A model generated the notes under the pieces. It saw nothing but the letters and a program-made list of their open reading frames with translations. It was not told the origin of the DNA and did not search any database. Source: Candidatus Thorarchaeota archaeon (GTDB lineage Archaea; Asgardarchaeota; Thorarchaeia; Thorarchaeales; Thorarchaeaceae). From it: a stretch of 64,000 nt of DNA. A program made the position numbers and the translations under genes. Shown here piece after piece: positions 9,584-18,661 of the stretch. The stretch covers positions 4,207 to 68,206 of the forward strand of contig JBHLRS010000009.1 of the NCBI GenBank assembly GCA_048882325.1. The letters run 5' to 3'. The stretch's first letter is position 1. Each line of letters opens with the position of its first letter.

Positions 9584-9913
9584 TTATCCACCATAATTCC
9601 GCCAAGTGTGCTTGCATTTGGTGCATCTATAGAACTCTGTTGCACCTTCATCTCCTCTTCTTGTCTGGAGTGTCCAATAGTAGGCTTCTGTATTGTCACA
9701 CTTCGGACATGAGGCTTTCGTCACAGGCATTGGAATTGAGTCGTCTTCTACCACGATTATTTTGTCACGTGGTGATTTCTCCAAGTTTTGTGAAACTGTC
9801 AGTCTTCCCTTGATACCTTTAGTATGTCCACAGCTTCTGCACTTCAGGACTCTGGAGCCGTCCTCCTCTGTAGTTGGCACCATCATTGCACCGCACTTCT
9901 TGCAGAATTCCAT
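9584..9913 (-). CDS. tfs: Transcription factor S / RNA polymerase subunit M (TFIIS-type zinc ribbon).
   Basis: N-terminal zinc ribbon CKKCG...CRSCG. C-terminal TFIIS-type ribbon CPKCDNTEAYYWTLQTRRGDEGATEFYRCTKCKHTW with the acidic RRGDEG hairpin. Confidence 0.85.
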   Translation of the reverse strand: MEFCKKCGAMMVPTTEEDGSRVLKCRSCGHTKGIKGRLTVSQNLEKSPRDKIIVVEDDSIPMPVTKASCPKCDNTEAYYWTLQTRRGDEGATEFYRCTKCKHTWRNYGG

Positions 9914-9981
9914 GGAACATTCACTTCTCCGCTGCAGCGTTTAGAGTTCAATTAAGCATTACGACAGCGTACATTTGGAAC

Positions 9982-10407
9982 TCAAGGTAACGACTGGATG
10001 TGTTTCTCTAGAAGATACTGAAAAGAGAGAGCTGCAATCTCGCCTTCTTTCTTTCTGTTAGTCGTGAAATCTATGTTTAGTGTTTCGACAAGTGTATCAA
10101 CAAGTTCAGGCACCGTGACCACACCCTTCATCCATAAGTAGGCTATGATGGCTTCATATGCATCAGCTGCTCGGCCTGAGTCGGTTCTTCGGGAAATATG
10201 TCTATAGACTTCAGTGGCGCGTATTGCTCGAGCAAGAACACTATCTCTGACCTTCTCGCCTGTGGCTTGACCAAGGACTCTGGATTTTGCGAGAGAATAA
10301 CAGAGGTTCACTATACCGTCACCAACTTTTGCGAGTCCTTTGTCATTCATGATTTCTTCGACAGATTCGTGTTGGACAAAGGTTTCCCACATGTGACGGG
10401 CCACCAT
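9982..10407 (-). CDS. RNase III-domain protein (mini-RNase III-like, no dsRBD).
   Basis: LAKVGDGIVNL matches the RNase III signature E-x-L-E-x-L-G-D. The later ADAYEAIIAYLWMKG matches the second conserved RNase III segment. 141 aa. Confidence 0.5.
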   Translation of the reverse strand: MVARHMWETFVQHESVEEIMNDKGLAKVGDGIVNLCYSLAKSRVLGQATGEKVRDSVLARAIRATEVYRHISRRTDSGRAADAYEAIIAYLWMKGVVTVPELVDTLVETLNIDFTTNRKKEGEIAALSFQYLLEKHIQSLP

Positions 10408-10415
10408 GAGTCAGT

Positions 10416-10706
10416 TTAGTCAATATTGTGATCTGAAACAGCTTGTTTGAATTTCTTTCGAAACTCTTCAGTCCTAGCAAGCATCTTCTCAAGAGCCTCT
10501 CTCAGGACAACATTAGCCTGTCGCCTCTTTGTCCTCAGGGTCAAGATTGGACTAGCTAGAAGTGGGTGCTCGATGTTGTATCCAGCAAACTCCACTGAAG
10601 GTTCCTCCAAGAGTGTCTTTCGAAGCAAATTGGGAAAGGAGTGTCCCTCTCCACCAATCTCAAACTTGATTTCGAGTCTCTCATGTTCAATGGTTCTTGG
10701 CTTCAC
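10416..10706 (-). CDS. rpoL: DNA-directed RNA polymerase subunit L (Rpb11 homolog).
   Basis: The EGHSFPNLLRKTLLEEPSVEFAGYNIEHPLL pattern matches the conserved RpoL core. 96 aa. Context with csl4. Confidence 0.75.
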   Translation of the reverse strand: MKPRTIEHERLEIKFEIGGEGHSFPNLLRKTLLEEPSVEFAGYNIEHPLLASPILTLRTKRRQANVVLREALEKMLARTEEFRKKFKQAVSDHNID

Positions 10707-10708
10707 AT

Positions 10709-11467
10709 CTATCTTCTCCTGCTTTCTCTACCACGATCACTCCCTCTTCTCCCACGTCTGTCGCCTCCTCGTCCGCGTTGACCATCAAAGCGTCTACCTC
10801 CACGACCACCACGATCGTCTCGGTCGTACTGCCTACGGTCATAGGATCGTCGACGGGGTGCCAGGTCTGGTCGTGCCTCAAGACCAAATCGCTGTCCATA
10901 GTCGTTGGCCACTTCGCGGGTTTCTCGATTCTCACATCGAAGGCAAAACATATTGTTATGTGTTGTGAGGGTCAATGCATTTCCACATCTTGTACAGACT
11001 CCAAACACAACTCCAAGATCAGGACCTACAAGGGTCAGTTGGACAGGAATTTCGTGTGTGTTCAGAGCTGCTGCACGAACAATGTCGTTCTGTTTGAGCA
11101 CATCCTGCATACTCTTCACATATCTTCGGGTCACGTTGCTTATGTGCAGTTCACCAACGAGACCCCTGTGATAATCTTCATCGTTAATTCGTACTATCCT
11201 GACCTCAGCACGCTGGTCAAACACAAGAGTGGCCTCACCCATCAGGATATCTCCCTTCACAGGAAGGGACAGTTTTAATCCACCCTCAGGACTGATGATT
11301 CTGATACTTCGTTCTTTAAGGTCCATATCAACTTGCCCTGGAGCTGCGGCATACACAATACCATCCTTCTCATAAGTACCAAAGCTTGGCATCAGCTCTT
11401 CAATGACGCATAGCTGATCACCGGGTACTACGATATCGCCGCTCTTCACATCTGCCATTCTATTCAC
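10709..11467 (-). CDS. csl4: Exosome RNA-binding cap subunit Csl4 with an unusual RG/RGG-rich C-terminal tail.
   Basis: N-terminal domain (VVPGDQL), an S1-like core and a zinc ribbon CTRCGNAL...CLRCEN. It is followed by about 50 aa of RRRSYDRRQYDRDDRGGRGGRRFDGQRGRGGDRRGRRG. Confidence 0.8.
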   Translation of the reverse strand: MNRMADVKSGDIVVPGDQLCVIEELMPSFGTYEKDGIVYAAAPGQVDMDLKERSIRIISPEGGLKLSLPVKGDILMGEATLVFDQRAEVRIVRINDEDYHRGLVGELHISNVTRRYVKSMQDVLKQNDIVRAAALNTHEIPVQLTLVGPDLGVVFGVCTRCGNALTLTTHNNMFCLRCENRETREVANDYGQRFGLEARPDLAPRRRSYDRRQYDRDDRGGRGGRRFDGQRGRGGDRRGRRGSDRGRESRRR

Positions 11468-12098
11468 GCTCTTTGTATATACGATACAGGTCTACATCCA
11501 CCAAGTGCTTCGGCTTTCTGTGGTGTTCGAACAGCCGACCGATTGGAAACTGAAATGTTTCAAGTTGTGTCACTGTGGCACCTAGTTTCTCAATCTCTTT
11601 GCTCAGGAACGTCCTGTTCTTGTCACCCGCCAGGTGCATGCTGTATATCACTTCAGCAACAGAGATTGCCTTCTTCAGGAATCTAAGGTCAGCACCGCGG
11701 TTTTTCACTCCGAACGGAGGATTACTCACCACTGTATCTACTGGACAACATAGCTGTAGGGAGAAAACATCTCCCAGAACCCAGTCTACGGTGTCATCTA
11801 TTCTGAGCAATCTCGAGTTCTTTTGAGACGCCTTTAAGGCTTTGCTTTGCACATCAATTCCAATCACTCTCCTCGCCCCCAACAGTCCGGCTCCGATCGC
11901 GAAGATTCCATCCCCGCATCCCAGATCGCACACGATTTTATCCGTGATATCCCCATGTTCCATTTGGGCAGCATACAAGACTGTTGCTGCGATTGAGGCT
12001 GGAGTTGGATATTGTTCTAATGACTCACTAAACTCATCTATCCTCTCCATTGATTCAAGTGCGATTTCCAAGTCTCTTAAACGCAAGAACTCCACCAA
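11460..12098 (-). CDS. SAM-dependent N6-adenine/rRNA methyltransferase (METTL5-like, NPPF family).
   Basis: Motif I DLGCGDG and motif IV VVSNPPFG. It is the conserved neighbour of csl4 in archaeal exosome gene clusters. Confidence 0.7.
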   Translation of the reverse strand: MVEFLRLRDLEIALESMERIDEFSESLEQYPTPASIAATVLYAAQMEHGDITDKIVCDLGCGDGIFAIGAGLLGARRVIGIDVQSKALKASQKNSRLLRIDDTVDWVLGDVFSLQLCCPVDTVVSNPPFGVKNRGADLRFLKKAISVAEVIYSMHLAGDKNRTFLSKEIEKLGATVTQLETFQFPIGRLFEHHRKPKHLVDVDLYRIYKERE

Positions 12099-12314
12099 TC
12101 TCAGATTTTGACCAATGAGAATCCCCAGGTCTGTCTTGATGAATTATATTGTTTGTACTAATGACAGCCCCGGGTAACACCCACTCTTATCAGTTCCATA
12201 TGTTCCACAGGTTCCAGTCGAAGTCCACTGGAACTTGCCTCAAGTTCTAATGGAAGTGTTTAAGTTCAAGGTAGCTCTTGTACTTAACATTCTCTGCTGG
12301 GAGTAGATGATAAG
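12099..12314. other. Candidate replication origin: ORB-like repeats plus an AT-rich stretch immediately upstream of orc1/cdc6.
   Basis: Three tandem GTTCCAnnn repeats at 12193-12220 are followed by the dyad GTTCCAGT-n8-ACTGGAAC (12211-12235). That dyad resembles the mini-ORB core TCCAGTGGAAAC. An AT-rich block (tgatgaattatattgtttgtactaatg) lies at about 12140-12170, and a G-tract (ccccgggtaacaccc) is nearby. Confidence 0.35.
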
Positions 12315-13562
12315 TTGGAGAAACCGCTCGATAAATTGTTTGACAAGTTCTTACAGGGTCAGGCTATCTTCAGGGACAGAACAGCTCTGAGACCCACTTA
12401 TGTACCCGATAGTCTTCCTTACAGAGACGACCAGATGAGTAGGATTGGGTCCATTCTAGGGCCCGCGCTCAGAGGTGCTCCACCATCCAATATTCTTTGT
12501 TATGGAAAAACGGGCACTGGTAAGACTGTTGTAGCAAGATATGTATTAGACATGCTTGTGAGCAAGGCTAAGGACAGTGGAATTACCGCTCCATTGACGG
12601 CTTTTGTGAACTGCAGGATAGTAGGCACTAATTACAGAGTCTTGAAGAAATTATGTGACCAGGTTAAAGCAACAATGCCTGATGGATCTGAAGTCCCCTT
12701 CACCGGACTTCCCACAGATGAGATTCGAGAAGTCCTGAAGAACGAACTAGATTCTGATTCAAATATCCTTACAGTGGTGCTTGATGAGGTGGATAGTTTA
12801 TTGAAACGCGATGCTGGACAAGGTAATGATATTCTCTATGGATTGACTAGAATGAATGGAGAGCTGGAAAACAGCAGGATATCAATTATAGGAATAAGCA
12901 ATGATCTGAAATTCAAGGAGATGCTTGATCCTAGGGTTCTGTCAACTTTAGGTGAGGAGGAGGTCATATTCTCGCCTTACAATGCTGTAGAGTTGAAAGG
13001 AATTTTGAATCAAAGGGTTGAACTGGCTTTTAACAAAACAGCTATTGGGGACGAAGGTGTGATTAATTTGGTAGGAGCTCTGGCTGCACAGGAGCATGGA
13101 GATGCACGTAGAGCTCTCGATCTTTTGAGGACTGCAGGGGAGCTGGCTGAGAGAAGAGGAGATAGTACTGTTACTCAAGAACATGTTCGCGAGGCACAGA
13201 AAGTCATTGAACGAGACACAATAACTGAAACAGTGAAAACTCTCCCAATGCAGTCGAAAGCTGTTTTGTTTGCGGTCTATGTCTTGGCTAGTAAAGGTCA
13301 ACGCGACATTTTCACAGGTGAGTGTTATAACATCTATTCGGAGATTGCAAAGGCACTCTCTATAGACACATTGACTCAGAGACGTGTTTCTGATTTGATT
13401 TCTGAATTAGATATGTTGGGGCTGATTAATACTACAGTGATATCCAAGGGGCGATATGGACGGACTAAAAAGATCAAGCTAGCTGTGAGTAAGAAACAGA
13501 TTGGTGTCATCCTAGATGATGACACTCGTCTGAGCAAGGTCGCCCAAGAGATACTTGACTGA
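12315..13562 (+). CDS. cdc6: Orc1/Cdc6 replication initiator (AAA+ domain plus winged helix).
   Basis: Walker A GKTGTGKT, Walker B VVLDEVD and a C-terminal winged-helix region. The ORF-track start is a TTG, so the exact start is uncertain. Confidence 0.9.
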   Translation: MEKPLDKLFDKFLQGQAIFRDRTALRPTYVPDSLPYRDDQMSRIGSILGPALRGAPPSNILCYGKTGTGKTVVARYVLDMLVSKAKDSGITAPLTAFVNCRIVGTNYRVLKKLCDQVKATMPDGSEVPFTGLPTDEIREVLKNELDSDSNILTVVLDEVDSLLKRDAGQGNDILYGLTRMNGELENSRISIIGISNDLKFKEMLDPRVLSTLGEEEVIFSPYNAVELKGILNQRVELAFNKTAIGDEGVINLVGALAAQEHGDARRALDLLRTAGELAERRGDSTVTQEHVREAQKVIERDTITETVKTLPMQSKAVLFAVYVLASKGQRDIFTGECYNIYSEIAKALSIDTLTQRRVSDLISELDMLGLINTTVISKGRYGRTKKIKLAVSKKQIGVILDDDTRLSKVAQEILD

Positions 13563-13578
13563 TGAAACCGAGTCCCGA

Positions 13579-15246
13579 TTATTGCATTGATGAAACATCA
13601 TAGAAGAATCTCACTTCAGGAGCCCCAGTTTGGAGGTTTAGAAGCGTCACAATGCCAGGAGTGGGTACAATACCCTGTTTGCGCATGAAGTCTGTCTGGG
13701 CTTGGAATGTCCCAGAATTGATGATTTGTACTCCCCGATAGTTATCGACTGCGTTGTGGTGACAGTGACCAAAGTGGACGACATCAGGAGGAGTATCAAT
13801 CACCATCCAGTCTCTATGGAGTGGAGCGAGTTCCGTCTTACCACCGTACATGGGAACGAGATGGCGTTTCTTGAGAAGTTCCATCATTGGTTTTGCAGGT
13901 TCGGTATATGAAGCTCCGGGAATGCTGGTCACCAAATCATCCATACTGTCACCATGGGTCAGTAACACATTCACGCCCTCAACAACCACCTGACTCGGAT
14001 CCCCCAACATTGTAATACGGTCTCCGAGATTGTATAGGGACTGTGCAAACTCCTCTGAGATAGGAGGTTTGGGAAGAGCCTGTCTGTTCGCATCGTGATT
14101 GCCAGGGATACAGAATATCTTGATGCTCTTTGGAAGTTTCTTCAACTTGCTTGATAGAAGTTCGTACTGTTCATAGATGCTCTCGATTCTGAGGTCATCT
14201 CTCTGTGTTGGATAGACACTGATCCCATCCACCATATCACCAGCAATGAATAGATATCGTGTCTTTCTTGTAATTTCTTTGTCCTCTGCATCAACATCCC
14301 GACCATTCATCCATCCGATGAACTTGTCAAACTCATCTTCGAGGAATTCCTTGCTTCCACAATGAATATCGGAGATGAACGCAGCATAGACGTCTCGCTT
14401 GGCTCGACCCACTTCTCGAGCAGTTGGGATGTCAGGGAAGATTACATCGTCGGCAATCATCCTCGCATCTTCATCAACAAACCCTGAAATGCAGGTGACC
14501 TCGTCAAGAAGTAAGGAGTTCGCTTTTTCTGATAGCTGTTGTCCCTTCAAGTCTTCTCTTGTGGCAGGGATTATGCAGATTATCGACTCATCTTCGTCTT
14601 CTAGTTCAATGATTACATTGCGTGACTGAGATATACTTCTGTTCTTCACAATTCCAAGAACGGTCTGGGTCGTACGTTTTGTTGTACGTATGCCCTTTTT
14701 GGTCAGTTCCTTTCTCTGTTTTGCAGAATCTTTTCTGAGCTTGGCAACCTGCGGTGAAACTGCACTCTGTGTATCAATTCTACTCATGTATATTCGCTTA
14801 ATCCGATCGAATCGGTCTCTGAAGAGCGCTAGGAAGTCTTCTACGGTTCCCTCAGAGCCTACTTGGTCAGGGTTCTTCTCTATACGATAAATCCAGCCGG
14901 TTTCTTCATCAGAAACAACGATCGGTTCTACTGCTTCACTCAAAACCTGTACAGGTTGAGCAATAGGAATCAATTCCTCTTCCTCGACTATATGGTCAGG
15001 TTTCCTTCCTTCAATCAATGATTCTACGTAGGGACGGGAAAGTACAGAAGGGTGGTTTTCTATCGATTTTGTAATGAGAACTGACTTGACAGTTTCAAGA
15101 GGCGTGTCAAGTAGTAAGATGTATTCTAAGGCTTCAGGTGCCACTTGGAGTCCCGACTCAATCAGCAGTTTGAGTATACTACGTCGGATCGAGGAAGTCA
15201 CAGTGCCACCAACTAGGGTGATACAAGTTCCTTGTTTTAACATCAT
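13579..15246 (-). CDS. DNA polymerase II (PolD) small subunit DP1, a calcineurin-like phosphoesterase.
   Basis: C-terminal MPP motifs GDMVDG, GNHD, THGD and HFGHCHH. The N-terminal domain is typical of archaeal DP1. Confidence 0.85.
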   Translation of the reverse strand: MMLKQGTCITLVGGTVTSSIRRSILKLLIESGLQVAPEALEYILLLDTPLETVKSVLITKSIENHPSVLSRPYVESLIEGRKPDHIVEEEELIPIAQPVQVLSEAVEPIVVSDEETGWIYRIEKNPDQVGSEGTVEDFLALFRDRFDRIKRIYMSRIDTQSAVSPQVAKLRKDSAKQRKELTKKGIRTTKRTTQTVLGIVKNRSISQSRNVIIELEDEDESIICIIPATREDLKGQQLSEKANSLLLDEVTCISGFVDEDARMIADDVIFPDIPTAREVGRAKRDVYAAFISDIHCGSKEFLEDEFDKFIGWMNGRDVDAEDKEITRKTRYLFIAGDMVDGISVYPTQRDDLRIESIYEQYELLSSKLKKLPKSIKIFCIPGNHDANRQALPKPPISEEFAQSLYNLGDRITMLGDPSQVVVEGVNVLLTHGDSMDDLVTSIPGASYTEPAKPMMELLKKRHLVPMYGGKTELAPLHRDWMVIDTPPDVVHFGHCHHNAVDNYRGVQIINSGTFQAQTDFMRKQGIVPTPGIVTLLNLQTGAPEVRFFYDVSSMQ

Positions 15247-15348
15247 CCATCGAGGATGAAACCTTCATCAGAAACGCTGTGTGGGAAATGTAATAAACCG
15301 TCTACTCAGATTTCAATTGGCGCCGACCTTTGTCAGGTGAGATAAAAA

Positions 15349-16326
15349 ATGGTCAACATCAGGAGACTCCAACAAACTGGTGGGAAGAATGGAAGTTCCT
15401 TTCTGATTATACTACCAAAGGACTGGGTGATCAGACAGAAGTTGAGTAAAGGAGACCCTGTGGTGGTTGCTGAGCGTGAGGATGGTTGTCTGATTGTAGA
15501 CCCACGTCTTCCAAAAGCAGGTGAGCACAAAACCACTACCGCTAAGATGGAACAGAATCTGAGATGGGAGATTACCAGTAGATACCTGCTTGGTTTTGAT
15601 GAGATTCGGATTGTCAGTGAGGAACCTATAACGAACACCCAGAGAGATGACCTAAAACGGATAATCAAACGATTTGTGGCGCTGGAAGTAACTGAGGAGG
15701 ACGACCATCAGATAGTGGTTCGATGTCTTGTGGACCCGGCGACTCTACCAGTGAATACTGCAATGCGCAGGATGCACCTCATCACTTCTAGAATGATTAG
15801 CGATTCCTTGTCTGCATACTTTGAAGGAAACAAGGAAGTGGCTGAAGATGTGGTGCAGCGAGATGAGGAGGTCGATCGTTTATTCTTCTTGATTGTCAGA
15901 GAATTACGGTCTGCAATCCAATACCCTCGAATGAGTGAAATGATGAGTATCACACCGGTTGAAGCACTAGATTTCAGACTTGCGGCACAATACATTGAAC
16001 GCATTGCAGACTTAGCTGTCGATATTGCTCGAAGAGTAGCGGACCCCATTGATGCTTCATTGAAGAAGAGGTTCAGTCCAATCGTGGAAAAAGTGAGCAA
16101 GATGTTCACAGACTCTTTCAATAACTTATTCAAGTTTAATCCGAAGAAGGTTCAGGCTGTGATAGAAGCTGAGGATGATTTGATTGCCGACACTGGAAAG
16201 CTCAGGCAACATATTGTAGCTACTCGAAACGGACAACCTCAGACGCAGGTCTTGGTTGTTGATAGCTTGTTGAGAATGGGAGAAGCTGCAAAGGACATTG
16301 TAGACTTGGCTCTACCTTATAGCTAG
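15349..16326 (+). CDS. PhoU-domain regulator with an N-terminal AbrB/SpoVT-type DNA-binding domain.
   Basis: The N-terminal swapped-hairpin-like segment (ILPKDWVIRQKLSKGDPVVV) is followed by two PhoU-like helical repeats (EEVDRLFFLIVRELRSAI...). Confidence 0.65.
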   Translation: MVNIRRLQQTGGKNGSSFLIILPKDWVIRQKLSKGDPVVVAEREDGCLIVDPRLPKAGEHKTTTAKMEQNLRWEITSRYLLGFDEIRIVSEEPITNTQRDDLKRIIKRFVALEVTEEDDHQIVVRCLVDPATLPVNTAMRRMHLITSRMISDSLSAYFEGNKEVAEDVVQRDEEVDRLFFLIVRELRSAIQYPRMSEMMSITPVEALDFRLAAQYIERIADLAVDIARRVADPIDASLKKRFSPIVEKVSKMFTDSFNNLFKFNPKKVQAVIEAEDDLIADTGKLRQHIVATRNGQPQTQVLVVDSLLRMGEAAKDIVDLALPYS

Positions 16327-16337
16327 AGGAATGATAG

Positions 16338-17720
16338 ATGATTCAGAAAATATTTGGCACATCAGGCATCAGGGGATCTATTATCGATAAATCAACTCCT
16401 GACCTAGCACTTGGTCTTGGACGAGCACTTGGCTCATTCCTCGATGGGAAAGGGATTGTGGGGGTGGGTATCGATGCACGGACCTCGAGAGAGATGTTGA
16501 AGAGTGCTTTCATCGGAGGAGTACTATCAACCGGTACAGATGTGGTGGATCTAGGAATAACGCCAATGCCGACTGTGGCTTCATATAGTACTGTTGAGGG
16601 GATCTCAGCCTCCATTATCATAACAGCCAGTCATAACCCCCCAGGGGACAACGGTTTCAAGTTCTTCAATTCAGGACGTGAGTTTGTCAGACCAGAGGAG
16701 GAGTTCTTGGAACATTCTGTGTTCAACAAGGAGTATAAGGTTGCTTCATGGGACAAGATAGGACAACTGTCTAGGAGAAACATCAAGGTAGACTATCTAG
16801 CCAGGGTGAAGAAGTTCTTGTCAAGTAGGGGAGGGTTGAGTAAAGGTACCAAGGTCCTTGTCGACCTTGCAAACGGAGCAGCTACAGAGTACACACCTGA
16901 ACTTCTTGGGGACCTTGGCTTCTCTGTCACCACCATGAACTCTCATCAGGATGGTCACTTTCCAGGCAGACCAGCTGAACCATCACCGCGAAATCTTGGA
17001 GATGCTATGAGGATCTCTGCGGCATCCGATTTTGCAGTGACGATGTGTCACGATGGTGATGGCGATAGATTGGCTGTGATTGATGAAGAAGGTGAGTTCA
17101 TAGACCAGAACCGTGTCATCGCTGTATTTGCAAGAGATGAAGTCGAGAGAAGTGGTGGAGGAATAGTTCTCGTTTCGATTGATACATCGAGCGTGATTGA
17201 TGAGATTGTAAACTCTGCAGGAGGGGCTGTGGTCAGGATGCCTTTAGGGTCTCTACAGGAGTATCTAGCGGGTGACAAGGGCAAGAATGTAGTATTTGCA
17301 TCAGAGCCCTGGAAACCAATATTCACGGAATTAGGCGAATGGATGGATGGGATCACTGGAGCTGGTCGCTTTGCTCAGTTGGTGGATGAGTTAGGCGACG
17401 GAAGCTGCATGAATTTGATGAACACTGTTCCCAAGTATCCTATGCTGAGAGATTTCGTACCCTGTCCAGATAATATCAAACAGCAATTCTTACCACGTGT
17501 CAAGGAACTGCTCGTCCCTGAGATTAGTGGCGTGGAACAGGTTCTTGAGGTGGATGGTGTTCGAATAGAGAACAAGGATGGGTCCTATGTACTGGTTAGA
17601 GTGTCAGGAACTGAACCAAAAGCCAGAGTGTACGTTGGTGGGAAGACTCAGGAAACAGTGGACAAACTCTCTGAGATCGCCAAGAAGATAATGACACGGG
17701 TCCTAGATGAATTACAATAG
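16338..17720 (+). CDS. Phosphoglucosamine mutase / phosphomannomutase family (alpha-D-phosphohexomutase).
   Basis: N-terminal FGTSGIRG. Active-site Ser loop TASHNPPGDNG. Metal-binding DGDGDR. Confidence 0.85.
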   Translation: MIQKIFGTSGIRGSIIDKSTPDLALGLGRALGSFLDGKGIVGVGIDARTSREMLKSAFIGGVLSTGTDVVDLGITPMPTVASYSTVEGISASIIITASHNPPGDNGFKFFNSGREFVRPEEEFLEHSVFNKEYKVASWDKIGQLSRRNIKVDYLARVKKFLSSRGGLSKGTKVLVDLANGAATEYTPELLGDLGFSVTTMNSHQDGHFPGRPAEPSPRNLGDAMRISAASDFAVTMCHDGDGDRLAVIDEEGEFIDQNRVIAVFARDEVERSGGGIVLVSIDTSSVIDEIVNSAGGAVVRMPLGSLQEYLAGDKGKNVVFASEPWKPIFTELGEWMDGITGAGRFAQLVDELGDGSCMNLMNTVPKYPMLRDFVPCPDNIKQQFLPRVKELLVPEISGVEQVLEVDGVRIENKDGSYVLVRVSGTEPKARVYVGGKTQETVDKLSEIAKKIMTRVLDELQ

Positions 17721-17723
17721 AAG

Positions 17724-17840
17724 TGGCGCCGGGGATGAGATTTGAACTCGTGTCCTGTGTCATAATATACACAGAATCTCACGCGCCACAAAGGGCAGCG
17801 GTTTTCGAGACCGCCTCCATAGCCACTAGGAGACCCCGGC
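17724..17840 (-). tRNA. tRNA-Ser (anticodon CGA), class II, with an apparent ~30-nt intron near the T-arm (non-canonical position). CCA is encoded.
   Basis: Hand fold gives acceptor GCCGGGG/CCCCGGC and anticodon stem GCGGT/ACCGC with loop CTCGAAA (U33, anticodon CGA). A long variable arm is present, then the T-loop TTCAAAT and 3' GCCA. Extra nucleotides between the variable arm and the T-stem contain the helix CTGTGTC...GACACAG. Total length is 117 nt. Confidence 0.65.
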
Positions 17841-18007
17841 TCAGTCTGTTTCCATAATTCTGGAGATATAATGTTAATTGTCTGTAATTAGAACCATAAA
17901 TCGAGCGTCAAAATTCACTAAATTTAGAGGTTCTCTCTGATTTTCCTAAAGCCATAATACTCAATACATACAGTGATTCTAAATTCAGAGTTGGAGAGTC
18001 TACGTCA

Positions 18008-18421
18008 ATGTCAGTTGAACAAGTTGAAAAATGGTTGAAGTCGCTCGAAGTGTCTTTCGAGCTGGTGAAGGACATCAACACATTCAAGCTAACATGGGAT
18101 GTTGATGGAACACCATTCGAGATTAGGGTAGCAATTCGTGCTGACAGATGGATTCATGTCGCAGTACTGCTTCTTAAACCAGAGGAGATTCCACAGGAGT
18201 ACAGGGAAGAACTGTATGGTCTTTTACTTCGAGAGAACTGGATGCTTGATGACGTAACTTACTCCATGGACGAAAATGGGAATCTGTACTCTGAGAACGA
18301 TATTCCTGAACTGACAAACCTTGAGAACTTCAAAAGCGAGCTTGACGCTGTCATTTTCGGTCTTGAACGCTTCTTTACGATTGTGTCTAGTCGATTTGGA
18401 ATCGAACCAAGAGGCACATAG
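18008..18421 (+). CDS. Hypothetical protein, possibly with a YbjN-like (T3SS-chaperone-like) fold.
   Basis: 137-aa ORF flanked by tRNA genes. Only weak pattern-level resemblance was seen. Confidence 0.35.
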   Translation: MSVEQVEKWLKSLEVSFELVKDINTFKLTWDVDGTPFEIRVAIRADRWIHVAVLLLKPEEIPQEYREELYGLLLRENWMLDDVTYSMDENGNLYSENDIPELTNLENFKSELDAVIFGLERFFTIVSSRFGIEPRGT

Positions 18422-18494
18422 TTCGTGATCAGAAAGTGAGAAGAGAGTATAGTGAAACGCGAAAATAACTAGATAATGAGGCTTACTGAGAAAG

Positions 18495-18611
18495 TGGTGC
18501 GGAGGGCGAGATTCGAACTCGCGGACTTCTACAAGATTACCCCGGTGCCGCAAGCGCGACTCCGTCAGGATCCTAAGTCCTGCGCCTTTAACCTGGCTTG
18601 GCTACCTCCGC
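18495..18611 (-). tRNA. tRNA-Leu (anticodon TAG), class II, with an oversized variable/T-arm region suggesting a ~28-30-nt intron. CCA is encoded.
   Basis: Acceptor GCGGAGG/CCTCCGC. Anticodon stem CAGGA/TCCTG with loop CTTAGGA. T-arm GCGAG-TTCGAAT-CTCGC. There are 43 nt between the anticodon stem and the T-stem, against an expected ~15. Total length is 117 nt. Confidence 0.65.
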
Positions 18612-18661
18612 GTGAGTGAGAGAAGGTTGAGAACAGGCCAGTTTTAACCGTTTTGCATTCT

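Noticed and set aside
9499-9699. Minus-strand 66-aa ORF overlapping the tfs 3' region
   Set aside because: It shares sequence with the strongly supported tfs gene in another frame, and it overlaps the end of the 124-aa gene.
10697-11278. Plus-strand 193-aa ORF
   Set aside because: It is antisense to csl4. The open frame is generated by the RG-repeat codons. The Ser/Thr-rich translation is not protein-like.
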